Below are positions 1-8,666 of a DNA stretch of 64,000 bases, piece after piece. Source of the DNA: SAR202 cluster bacterium (GTDB taxonomy: Bacteria; Chloroflexota; Dehalococcoidia; Lucifugimonadales; UBA2962); assembly GCA_022447925.1 (NCBI GenBank), contig JAKUTS010000001.1:79892-143891 (forward strand), written 5' to 3'. The position numbers and the translations under genes were made by a program. How positions within the stretch are numbered: the stretch's first letter is position 1; every line of letters starts with the position of its first letter. The notes beneath the pieces are model-generated. The model was not told the origin of the DNA. It saw only the letters and a list, made by a program, of their open reading frames with translations, and did no database searches.

Positions 1-213
1 AAACGCATAGGGAATGCCGTTATACGTAATCAAATGAAGCGCAGGTTGCGCTCTATTGTATGTCGATTAGATTATGTTGGAGGATGGGATGCTGTATTAA
101 TAGCACGGAAAGGCTCTATAGGCTGCAATTATAAGGAAATTGAAATATCGGTATCGAGGTTATTAATAAAATCTGGCATAGCTGCTAATCGACTGGAATC
201 TAAAAAGATATAA
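1..213 (+). CDS. rnpA: RNase P protein component, 5'-truncated by window edge
   Basis: Frame-1 ORF is open from base 1 to TAA 211-213. Translation KRIGNAVIRNQMKRRLRSIV... carries the basic RNase P protein signature (GxAVxRNxxKRRxR). It lies directly upstream of yidD/yidC as in the canonical operon. Confidence 0.85.
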   Translation, partial: KRIGNAVIRNQMKRRLRSIVCRLDYVGGWDAVLIARKGSIGCNYKEIEISVSRLLIKSGIAANRLESKKI

Positions 214-218
214 ATGCG

Positions 219-428
219 ATGAAAAAGTTAACGCTAATTATAATAGGGTTTTATCAGCAAAACATCTCCCCATATTTAGGGGTTAGGTGTCGGCATGTGC
301 CAACATGTTCAAATTATGCATATGAAGCTATATCGAAACATGGGGTAATGATAGGTTCGCTGATGACCGGTTCTCGGCTACTTAATTGTCGTCCTTTTGG
401 TAAAACTGGATATGATCCAGTGCCATAA
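219..428 (+). CDS. yidD: membrane protein insertion efficiency factor YidD
   Basis: 69 aa with the typical YidD sequence (FYQxxISPxLGxxCRxxPTCSxYAxEAIxxHG...GxRLLxCxPF...GYDPVP). Position between rnpA and yidC fits. Confidence 0.9.
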   Translation: MKKLTLIIIGFYQQNISPYLGVRCRHVPTCSNYAYEAISKHGVMIGSLMTGSRLLNCRPFGKTGYDPVP

Positions 429-450
429 TTAAAAAAATGGATTTACACTT

Positions 451-1626
451 TTGAATCAGAAAAATTTAATCAGTATTAAGTTTCAATCAGGATCATTCAG
501 ATCAATACATCTGTTAATCCTTATATTGACAGGTATCGTCATGTTCGCCTGTGTTCCAGGAGGTGCATGTGGTGGGATTGCGCGGCCTGAAGGTTGGTCT
601 AGCGGGGTAGTAGAGGACAACATTCTTTATACAGGCACGATGCAGGGTGAAATTATAGCAATAGATGCCGTGTCTGGTGATTATATTTGGCATTTTGAAC
701 CCTCAATTGGTGAAGAAAAAAACCGAGCCTTTTATGGAGATCCCATAATTGTAGGTGATTTAATTTATGTAGCAGGCTATGACGGTTATTTGTATGCTCT
801 ATCTAAATCCGATGGTAGTTTATGGGAGCAGCCAATCCCAATTGGTGAAAACAAAGATAGCGTGGTTGGCGGCGCAGAATATGTGGATGGACTATTACTA
901 GTTGGTTCATCAGATGGATACGTTTATGCATTTGACATTGAAGATAATTCGAGTGCTTGGAGCTTTGAAACGGGATCAAAGATCTGGACTAAACCTTTAA
1001 TCCAAGATGGATACGCATTTTTTGGATCGTTGGATAAAAACTTTTATGCCCTGGATGTAGATGATGGTTCACTAGTTTGGAGTTTCGAAACTGGGGGCGC
1101 GATAATTACTCCTCCCAGTAAAGTAGGCAGTACTGTTTTATTTGGTAGTTTTGATGGAGTCTTTTACGCATTGGAAGCTGAATCTGGGAAGGAATTGTGG
1201 CGATTTACAGATGCCGAGGGTTGGTATTGGGGTAAACCTGCAATTACTGAAACACATGTGTACGCGCCTTCTCTTGATGGAAATTTATACGCAATAGATG
1301 TTCAGAATGGGAGATTACAATGGAAAGTTGAAACAGATGGTCCAATAATAGGAGCGCCATTAATCTTTGAAGAATGGATTATATTTGGCTCTAATGATGG
1401 AAAGCTTAGGGTGGTTTCAATGAAAACGGGAGCCAGTCAAAAGAGGTGTAATATAGGACATGATTTGCGTACTAGTATTGTAAAGGGAGATGGGGCTATT
1501 TATATGGGCGTGTCTAACCGCTCCATTATTGCTATAAATATAAAAAATAATGGCGATCCGGATGAGAAATGGAATTATATTACTGAGGATCACAATATTG
1601 ATCTTGATCGAGCTAAAGCATGTTGA
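451..1626 (+). CDS. PQQ-like (BamB-type) beta-propeller repeat protein, N-terminal signal/anchor with possible lipobox (VMFAC)
   Basis: Repeated blades of the form GxxYAxDxxxGxxxW (YVYAFDIEDNSSAWSF, FYALDVDDGSLVWSF, FYALEAESGKELWRF, LYAIDVQNGRLQWKV). Hydrophobic N-terminus. TTG start. Confidence 0.8.
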   Translation: MNQKNLISIKFQSGSFRSIHLLILILTGIVMFACVPGGACGGIARPEGWSSGVVEDNILYTGTMQGEIIAIDAVSGDYIWHFEPSIGEEKNRAFYGDPIIVGDLIYVAGYDGYLYALSKSDGSLWEQPIPIGENKDSVVGGAEYVDGLLLVGSSDGYVYAFDIEDNSSAWSFETGSKIWTKPLIQDGYAFFGSLDKNFYALDVDDGSLVWSFETGGAIITPPSKVGSTVLFGSFDGVFYALEAESGKELWRFTDAEGWYWGKPAITETHVYAPSLDGNLYAIDVQNGRLQWKVETDGPIIGAPLIFEEWIIFGSNDGKLRVVSMKTGASQKRCNIGHDLRTSIVKGDGAIYMGVSNRSIIAINIKNNGDPDEKWNYITEDHNIDLDRAKAC

Positions 1627-1647
1627 TGCCAAGCGAGGATTTGTAAA

Positions 1648-2562
1648 ATGGAATTTTTAGGCGGCATCTGGAATGGAGCAATTATCAGGCCTATGATAAA
1701 TAGCCTGGTGATTCTCTATGAGGTGGCATTTTCTAATTTCGGAATTTCCATAATACTTTTCACTTTGATAATACGGGCAATCCTGTTTCCGTTAACTGTC
1801 AAACAAAGCAAACAAATGAAAGCGATGCAAGCAATTCAGCCAAAGCTTAAATCAATGCAGGAAAGATATAAAAACGATCGTCAAAAAGTATCCCAGGAAA
1901 CGATGCGTATATATCGGGAAAATGGTATCAACCCACTCGGGTGTCTGGGTCCGATGTTTATACAATTCCCAATTTGGATCGGTTTATATCAAGCTATAAT
2001 ACAAACACTTCCATCCACGCCGGAGCGATTAGCAACTCTTTCTAACAAACTCTATTGGTGGCTTCCTTCAGTACATAAGGCCGTACCAATAAACGGAGAC
2101 TTTCTGGGGCTTGATTTAGCAGTTCCAGATCCAACTAGAATAATCCTTCCTGTATTGGTTGGTGTGTCAATGTTTGTCATGCAAAAAATGACAACTATGC
2201 CGTCAACTTCTCCGCAGCAAGATTCGACAAATCGCATGATGTTGTGGATGATGCCCGTTATGTTTGGGTTTTTTACGATACAATTTCCAAGCGGGTTAGC
2301 AATTTATTGGATAGTTTCAAATATAGTTGGAATTATTATCCAGGGATTTGTAACAGGATGGGACCCAATACTTAAAATACTAAATTTTCAGGTTGTATCA
2401 CAACCTTCTCCTGCAGCAGCATTAGTTTCTACAGGAGATGAAGAGGTAGGTAATGAAAAAGAACACTATAGTGACGACGGCGAGGACCGTCGAAGACGCA
2501 ATCGAGTTAGCTCTAAAACAGCTAGACGTAAATCGAGAAGAAGTAGAAATAGACGTCGTTAG
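1648..2562 (+). CDS. yidC: membrane protein insertase YidC (short Gram-positive/Oxa1-like form) with Arg-rich C-terminal tail
   Basis: 304 aa, multi-TM. Conserved YidC core motifs are visible (LFPLTVKQSKSMKAMQAIQPK, ...NPLGGCLPMxIQxPIWIGLY, FPSGLAIYWIVSNIVGIIQ). Tail reads RRRRNRVSSKTARRKSRRSRNRRR. Confidence 0.9.
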   Translation: MEFLGGIWNGAIIRPMINSLVILYEVAFSNFGISIILFTLIIRAILFPLTVKQSKQMKAMQAIQPKLKSMQERYKNDRQKVSQETMRIYRENGINPLGCLGPMFIQFPIWIGLYQAIIQTLPSTPERLATLSNKLYWWLPSVHKAVPINGDFLGLDLAVPDPTRIILPVLVGVSMFVMQKMTTMPSTSPQQDSTNRMMLWMMPVMFGFFTIQFPSGLAIYWIVSNIVGIIIQGFVTGWDPILKILNFQVVSQPSPAAALVSTGDEEVGNEKEHYSDDGEDRRRRNRVSSKTARRKSRRSRNRRR

Positions 2563-3118
2563 CAGAGGAAAAGCTGGCTTACTTGGGATTGGCTTTGAAG
2601 AAGCTCAAGTGAGAGTTAGCATAGTTGATTTTGGCCCTGATGAAATTGCGGGCGACGTTGTTAAAACAGTGTCGAACGTTTTGGATAATTTATTAAACTT
2701 GATGGGTGTGGATGCTGTATCGACGCTAAGGCGTGCTATTGGAGAAGACGATGGCGGGCCGGTATTTAATGTGGAAGGCGAGGATTCAGGACTTTTGATT
2801 GGCCGAAGAGGCGAAACTTTGAGAGGTTTGCAATTTCTGGTGAATTTTATGTCTAATATTGAACTTGGATTTAGGCCAGATGCAATAATTGATGTAGGTG
2901 GATATCAAGAGCGAAGAAAAAAATCACTTCAGAACATGGCAAGAAATGTATCGTTAAAAGTTGCTCAGAGTGGAAGATCTGTAACTCTTGAGCCAATGAG
3001 CGCCTACGATCGTAGGCTAGTGCATCTGGCTTTATCAGATAACCCTGAAGTTGTTACACAGAGTGTGGGCTCTGGGGCTGATAGGCAGATTGTAGTAAGT
3101 CCTGCGGATATAGATTAG
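2453..3118 (+). CDS. jag: Jag/KhpB-type RNA-binding protein (Jag_N + KH + R3H)
   Basis: N-terminus ...TARTVEDAIELALKQLDVNREEVEIDVV matches the Jag_N domain. KH-like GRRGETLRGLQFL is present. C-terminal R3H-like PMSAYDRRLVHLAL is present. GAGG lies upstream of the ATG, and the gene follows yidC. Confidence 0.85.
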   Translation: MKKNTIVTTARTVEDAIELALKQLDVNREEVEIDVVSRGKAGLLGIGFEEAQVRVSIVDFGPDEIAGDVVKTVSNVLDNLLNLMGVDAVSTLRRAIGEDDGGPVFNVEGEDSGLLIGRRGETLRGLQFLVNFMSNIELGFRPDAIIDVGGYQERRKKSLQNMARNVSLKVAQSGRSVTLEPMSAYDRRLVHLALSDNPEVVTQSVGSGADRQIVVSPADID

Positions 3119-3140
3119 TAATACTTGGAAACAATTTGAT

Positions 3141-3926
3141 ATGGCAAGTGAATCAGATTTAGAATTTACAAACTTTTCTACTGTTCATTGTTCTATTAAA
3201 AATCATGTTGGCCTTATTAGAATTCAAGGAAAAGATGGGTCAAATTTAATTAATCAACTAATGGTTGCTGAATTAAAAGAAGCAATTAACAGTTTCGATG
3301 ATAACCCTGCAGTTCGCGCGATTATCTTGTCTTCTAAGGGCAGTAACTTTTCAGATGGTTCAGCTCTACAAGGTTCATGTAAAAACGTTGATTTGAACTC
3401 TCATCGTATAGCGTTACACCTCGCTAATACTAGAAAAATCACTATAGCATCTCTTCGTGGTAACGTTTTGGATCAAGGACTCGAATTGGCTTTAGCTTGT
3501 GATATTCGGTTTGCAGACAGAGAATCAATATTTGGTTTAACTAATATTAAATCTGGTCTTATGCCATGGGACGGCGGTACGCAAAGGCTTACCCGTATAA
3601 TAGGCCCCTCAAGGGCTTTATACATGATGCTGACTGGAATAACAATTGATGGAGTTAAGGCGTTGGAATATGGCCTAGTCTCTGATATCACATCTGATCT
3701 TACTGATGAAGAATTATCTCTACAATTTGGTTTAATCATCTCGAATCATGGCCCTATAGCAGTGCAATATTTAAAAGAGGCGGTTAATTCGGGTTCTGAT
3801 CTTAATATCGAAGAAGGAATGCGACTCGAACTCGATTTAGCCACGTTGCTCCATTCAACTAATGATAGAGCTGAAGGGCTGCGTGCCTTTGCGGAAAAAA
3901 GGAAGCCGGAGTTTCAGGGTGACTGA
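3141..3926 (+). CDS. enoyl-CoA hydratase/isomerase (crotonase) family protein
   Basis: 261 aa with crotonase-fold pattern (VGLIRIQ..., AVRAIILSSKGSNFSDGSAL, GLELALACDIRFA, WDGGTQRLTRIIG, C-terminal DRAEGLRAFAEKRKPEF). Confidence 0.8.
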   Translation: MASESDLEFTNFSTVHCSIKNHVGLIRIQGKDGSNLINQLMVAELKEAINSFDDNPAVRAIILSSKGSNFSDGSALQGSCKNVDLNSHRIALHLANTRKITIASLRGNVLDQGLELALACDIRFADRESIFGLTNIKSGLMPWDGGTQRLTRIIGPSRALYMMLTGITIDGVKALEYGLVSDITSDLTDEELSLQFGLIISNHGPIAVQYLKEAVNSGSDLNIEEGMRLELDLATLLHSTNDRAEGLRAFAEKRKPEFQGD

Positions 3927-4647
3927 TAAATCCATTATATATAACAAAAGAGACTCGATTGTTAGCATAAAATTGAACAGACCGAAATCAATAAATGCAA
4001 TTACCCAATCTATGAGAGATTTGATTTTTGATGCTTTAACCGCTTATTCATTCGATGAAGAGGCTAAAGTTTGTGTTATCTATGGAGCAGGAGATAAAGG
4101 CTTTTGTTCCGGTGCTGATCTAATTGAGTTTGGTAAGAGTAGGTCTCAAACAGAATCCAGGAAAATCAGGAAGCAACGAGATCTCTGGGGACTATTAAGT
4201 CAGATTAAAAAACCTTTGATAGCTGCGGTGCATGGATATGTTATCGGAGCCGGCCTTGAGATAACTTCTTTGTGTGACATCAGAATTTCTTCTCCTAATG
4301 CTGTGTTTGCGATGCCGGAGGTGGCACATGGCTTTATACCTGGTGCAGGTGGAACACAAAGCTTTCCAAGGGCAATTGGCAAAACTCATGCCATGAGACA
4401 GTTTCTAGGTAATCGAAGTGACCGTATGAATGCTCAAAGAGCTTACGAGCTTGGTTTGGTGCATAAAATTGTCGCTATCGATGATTTATTAAAAACAGCA
4501 TTTGATGTTGCTGGAGGACTTGCCGTAAATGATCTGAAGATACTAACTGCCATGAAAACGGCAGCAATTGATGGTTGGTATATGCCGATTTCTCTTGGGC
4601 TCGATCTAGAAAAAAGATTAATGGAAAAGGTCAAATCAAATAACTAA
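3919..4647 (+). CDS. enoyl-CoA hydratase/isomerase (crotonase) family protein
   Basis: Crotonase motifs are present (VSIKLNRPKSINAI, GAGDKGFCSGADL, GAGLEITSLCDIRI, PGAGGTQSFPRAIG). The ORF is open from 3862. I prefer GTG 3919, which has GGAG 7 nt upstream and forms a GTGACTGA overlap with the upstream stop. Confidence 0.75.
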   Translation: MTDKSIIYNKRDSIVSIKLNRPKSINAITQSMRDLIFDALTAYSFDEEAKVCVIYGAGDKGFCSGADLIEFGKSRSQTESRKIRKQRDLWGLLSQIKKPLIAAVHGYVIGAGLEITSLCDIRISSPNAVFAMPEVAHGFIPGAGGTQSFPRAIGKTHAMRQFLGNRSDRMNAQRAYELGLVHKIVAIDDLLKTAFDVAGGLAVNDLKILTAMKTAAIDGWYMPISLGLDLEKRLMEKVKSNN

Positions 4648-4649
4648 AG

Positions 4650-6194
4650 ATGAACTTTTCAGAAACTCTTTCAATAGTATCTGAAATTATGCCCGATAGG
4701 GTTGCTACAGTATTTGATAAAGACTGTACTTCATATGCCAAATTAAGCCATGAAGCAGATCTTATTGCATCGGGATTAATTTCAATTGGCATTAAACCGG
4801 GCGATAGAGTTGCATTTTTGGACGTTAATACAGATAGACAGATCAAATTAATTTACGGAATTGCTAGAGCTGGAGGTGTATCTGTACCGATAAATTACCG
4901 AGCTAAATCATCAGAAATAGAATTCTGTATAAATGACTCAGGAGCTTCGGCAATTGTGGTCGGCTCGGATTATCATGAAATGGTTTTATCTATCAAAGAT
5001 AACATAAATTGCCAGCTCAAATTGATTTCGTTTCAAAGCCACGGATATGCTGACAATTGGATTCCCTATGGAAATATCTTCAAAGAGCAAAACGATTCTT
5101 ATCCCCAAACGAACCCGAAAGACCCTGCGATAATACTTTACACTTCCGGCACTACTGGTCGCCCCAAAGGCGTTTTATTAACCCATCAATCTTTATCAGC
5201 CAGTCTACTAAATAATATTTTTCCTGATATTGAAAATAATGAAGTAGTTTTGCTAAGTATGCCGCTTTATCATGTTGCAGGAATACATATTTTACTAGCT
5301 TCACTTTATGAAGGCCGCAAGTTAGTGATTCAGAGGCAATTCCAAGCTAGAGAATGGCTTGAATTAATCGATGAGCATAAAGTTTCTAGGGCGACTTTGG
5401 TTCCCACAATGCTTAAGATGATTCTAGAAAATGACTTTTTCAATAAAGCTAATCTATCTAGCCTTGGGATGATCACATACGGTGCCGCCGTTATGCCGCT
5501 AAGTGTGATTACCGAAGCTATTCAGAGATTACCTCTAGTTGGCTTTATAAATGCATTTGGTCAAACTGAGTCGGGGTCTACAATCGCTGCTTTGACTCCT
5601 GAAGATCATACATTGACTGGCACTTCATTGCAGGTTGAAAAGAAACTAAGTAGATTGAGCTCTATTGGGAAACCTTTAGAAGGAGTAGAGGTTCGTATTT
5701 CTGCTAATCAAGTAACAGCGCCGCCTGGTCAAGTTGGAGAGATATTGGTTCGTTCTGATCAGATTATGGATAGATACTGGAACGACAATTCTTTATCCTC
5801 TTCAGTAATTGATGAAGGATGGTTGCATACTGGAGACATGGGTTACATGGATGAGGAAGGATATATTTTTCTTCAAGGGAGATCAAAAGACTTCATCAAA
5901 CGGGGAGGCGAACGTATTTCACCAAATGAAATTGAAAGTGTTCTATTAACCCATCCTGGTGTCGATGAAACTGCAGTAATTGGAGAGCCAGATATTCATT
6001 GGGGCGAAATTGTCGTAGCTTTTGTTATCAAGTCAGATAACTTGAATGTTACAGAAAAGGATCTCATATTACATTGTAAAAATTTTTTAGCGAGCTTCAA
6101 AAAACCCGAGAAGATCATCTTCATTGAGACAATGCCTAAAAACTCATTAGGTAAAATTTTAAAAACAGATCTAAAAAAATTATATTTGGATTAA
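4650..6194 (+). CDS. AMP-dependent acyl-CoA synthetase/ligase
   Basis: AMP-binding motifs YTSGTTGRPKGV, ...GQTE..., HTGDMGYMDEEGYIFLQGRSKDFIKRGGERISPNEIE and C-terminal PKNSLGKILK. Confidence 0.9.
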   Translation: MNFSETLSIVSEIMPDRVATVFDKDCTSYAKLSHEADLIASGLISIGIKPGDRVAFLDVNTDRQIKLIYGIARAGGVSVPINYRAKSSEIEFCINDSGASAIVVGSDYHEMVLSIKDNINCQLKLISFQSHGYADNWIPYGNIFKEQNDSYPQTNPKDPAIILYTSGTTGRPKGVLLTHQSLSASLLNNIFPDIENNEVVLLSMPLYHVAGIHILLASLYEGRKLVIQRQFQAREWLELIDEHKVSRATLVPTMLKMILENDFFNKANLSSLGMITYGAAVMPLSVITEAIQRLPLVGFINAFGQTESGSTIAALTPEDHTLTGTSLQVEKKLSRLSSIGKPLEGVEVRISANQVTAPPGQVGEILVRSDQIMDRYWNDNSLSSSVIDEGWLHTGDMGYMDEEGYIFLQGRSKDFIKRGGERISPNEIESVLLTHPGVDETAVIGEPDIHWGEIVVAFVIKSDNLNVTEKDLILHCKNFLASFKKPEKIIFIETMPKNSLGKILKTDLKKLYLD

Positions 6195-6203
6195 TTAAGA
6201 TTA

Positions 6204-7463
6204 TCAGTCAATCTTGTCAAAACCGGTATATTCTCTTAAAACCTTTGGGATGATTATAGAACCATCGCTTTGTTGATAATTCTCAATTATTGCGATTAAT
6301 ATTCGCGGTATAGCTAACCCCGAGCCATTCAAGGTGTGAGGATATATTGGCTTTGATCCAGATTCTGGTCTATATCTTATTTTAGCCCGCCTCGACTGAA
6401 AATCATCACAATTGGAACAACTACTAACTTCTAACCAGTCTTCGCTACCGGGTGACCATACCTCTAGGTCAAAAGTTTTCACAGCAGAAAAACCCAGGTC
6501 TCCAGCACAAAGCTCAATAACCCTATATGTTAGTTCTAACTGACTTATAATTTCCTCGGCATTAGCTACCAGTTTTAAAAGTTCTTCATCAGAGTCGAGA
6601 GGGCTAACAAATTTATACATTTCAACTTTATCAAATTGATGTACTCTCTTAATGCCTCTTGTTTGACTTCCGGCAGCAGCTTTTTCCCGTCGAAAGCAAG
6701 GAGTATGAGAGACAAATTGAGAAGGTATTTGATCCGGATTCAATATTTCATCCCTAAACATGCTAGTTATGGGTACCTCAGCAGTTGGTATTAACCACAA
6801 ATCATCTTCTTGATCGTGATACATGGTTTCACTAAATTTTGGAAGATGCCCGCTTCCAGTGACGGTTTCACTATTCACTAAATAAGGCAAATATAATTCT
6901 TGGTATCCATGTTTCTCGGTGTGAGTGTTTAACATCCAAGATATTAGTGAGCGCTGTAGCTTTGCAGCCTTACTATTAAGCACATAAAATCTTGATCCAG
7001 ATATTTTTGCTGAAGCTGACAGGTCGATTAGTCCTAATCTTTTCGCTATTTCCCAATAGGGAGCAGGACTTTTGATAGATTTAATCGAACCTTGTACAGT
7101 GCGAACAATTTGATTTGACGACTCATCCTTACCATCTGGCACATTATCCCTAGGGATATTTGGCAACGTCAACATTATGGTATGAATCTCTTGTTGAGTA
7201 GACTTGTATTCAGCTTCCAGTTTTTTCACTTTTTGGCCTAGGGTTTTCATCTCAACGATTAATTCTTTACTTGGATTTTTTTTAAGGCCAATTTGTTGGT
7301 TGGATTTTTTTCTATCCGACCTTAAATTATCTAATTCTTTTTGAATCAATTTCCGTTTATTGTCTAATGAAACCAACTCATCTATACTGAAGGTGTCTCC
7401 CCGGCGTTGAATAGCATTGCGAACGTTTTCTGTGTCCGCCTGTATAAGTTCTATATTTAACAT
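6204..7463 (-). CDS. serS: seryl-tRNA synthetase
   Basis: 419 aa with an N-terminal coiled-coil arm. Class II motifs are present (LIPTAEVPIT, FRREAGS..., TLNGSGLAIPRILIAIIENYQ). Confidence 0.95.
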   Translation of the reverse strand: MLNIELIQADTENVRNAIQRRGDTFSIDELVSLDNKRKLIQKELDNLRSDRKKSNQQIGLKKNPSKELIVEMKTLGQKVKKLEAEYKSTQQEIHTIMLTLPNIPRDNVPDGKDESSNQIVRTVQGSIKSIKSPAPYWEIAKRLGLIDLSASAKISGSRFYVLNSKAAKLQRSLISWMLNTHTEKHGYQELYLPYLVNSETVTGSGHLPKFSETMYHDQEDDLWLIPTAEVPITSMFRDEILNPDQIPSQFVSHTPCFRREKAAAGSQTRGIKRVHQFDKVEMYKFVSPLDSDEELLKLVANAEEIISQLELTYRVIELCAGDLGFSAVKTFDLEVWSPGSEDWLEVSSCSNCDDFQSRRAKIRYRPESGSKPIYPHTLNGSGLAIPRILIAIIENYQQSDGSIIIPKVLREYTGFDKID

Positions 7464-7484
7464 TTTGATTTAATTAAATTTCAC

Positions 7485-8642
7485 CTAACCTAACTCTTCT
7501 TGCAGCCTTTTGAGTATTAATTGTTCATCCCCGTCATCTACAGTTTGTATTCGTATTATGACCGAATCTGGAACATTATCAGTTCTTAAATGGATTATAG
7601 GTTCGCCGTTTTCAAGTAAATCTTGTAATTCATCAGCTGATAAATTACAAGATTTCTTGTCGATTATAAGCCTTAAACCTTCGACCATTCCCTTGTCTGG
7701 AAAATCAGCTACGGTTATACCTGGAAGTTTTGCTATTTCATCGCGAATCTTGTTTAGTCTGGCTTCATAATTAGCTAAACGCGATTCATGGTCCATTTTA
7801 AGCCACTCTTGTAGTGCAACAAAAGTTCCCACAACCGTCTGGCGGTCCATTTTAATAGAGCGACCAAAAACCCGAGTATGTTCATATTCGAATCCAACGA
7901 AACTTAACCTATATGCAAGTCGCATTAGATGTTTATTAGCGCCTAACAGCAGGCCACTAGTATTTAAACCCTCAAAGTATTTTCCACCGTACCCGACCAA
8001 ATCGGCCCCATTTTGTGCATAGTGACTTAATCGATCTGTTGGATATACTTGACCAGCTGCATCTATCAATAGAGGTAATTTATTCCTATGAGCTAATTTG
8101 ACTAATTTGTTAAATGCAACGATATCAGTTCTTTGCTCTCTTTCACTTGGATCATCATATAGCCCTCCAGCTAGATAATGAATACCAGCTGTTTTTTCAT
8201 TTATTGCTTCTTCAATATCTTTTTCTGTAGTGTTTTGTTCATTGCCAACTTCAATTAGCTTGCCGCCGGGTACAGTCACAGCCTTGTCATAGCTTACCCG
8301 TAATTGTTTTTGTATTATGAATTCATTTGGCAGTCCGGTTACATCCGGTAATTGTTCAATATCATCTTCATTATTTCTTGTAATGCATGCCGCAGCTCCG
8401 AGTGAAAGTGCCGCGGAACATCCTGGGGTTACCATAGCGAAAGGGACATTTAACATTTCTGCGATTCGTTCGCCAGAAACCTCAACTAATTCACTCATTT
8501 TTACGTAGTCTAAAGAGGCATCCTCCATTGCTTCTTTAACAATCCTAGAAGGGTTGTTGCCACCAATTGCAGTTGGATGGCCATGGGCATTTATGACGGG
8601 TTTAATCCCTAAAGTTTTGTATATTTTGCTCTGTCCAGCCAT
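7485..8642 (-). CDS. SelA-fold / DgaE-like PLP-dependent enzyme (aminotransferase class V-fold); not a canonical SelA
   Basis: The N-terminus IYKTLGIKPVINAHGHPTAIGGN resembles the SelA/DgaE core start (xPVINxxG). A putative PLP-Lys context GYGGKYFEG is present. At 385 aa it is shorter than SelA and lacks SelA's N-terminal extension. Confidence 0.6.
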   Translation of the reverse strand: MAGQSKIYKTLGIKPVINAHGHPTAIGGNNPSRIVKEAMEDASLDYVKMSELVEVSGERIAEMLNVPFAMVTPGCSAALSLGAAACITRNNEDDIEQLPDVTGLPNEFIIQKQLRVSYDKAVTVPGGKLIEVGNEQNTTEKDIEEAINEKTAGIHYLAGGLYDDPSEREQRTDIVAFNKLVKLAHRNKLPLLIDAAGQVYPTDRLSHYAQNGADLVGYGGKYFEGLNTSGLLLGANKHLMRLAYRLSFVGFEYEHTRVFGRSIKMDRQTVVGTFVALQEWLKMDHESRLANYEARLNKIRDEIAKLPGITVADFPDKGMVEGLRLIIDKKSCNLSADELQDLLENGEPIIHLRTDNVPDSVIIRIQTVDDGDEQLILKRLQEELG

Positions 8643-8666
8643 TTTTAATTTATTAACCTTTCTTCG

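Noticed and set aside
7485-8642. Calling this gene selA (selenocysteine synthase), because of the SelA-like fold, the serS adjacency and the selenoprotein candidate in the window.
   Set aside because: It is about 80 aa shorter than canonical SelA at the N-terminus, which is the tRNA-Sec-binding region. Its N-terminus looks more like DgaE-type lyases. It is kept only as a low-interest finding.
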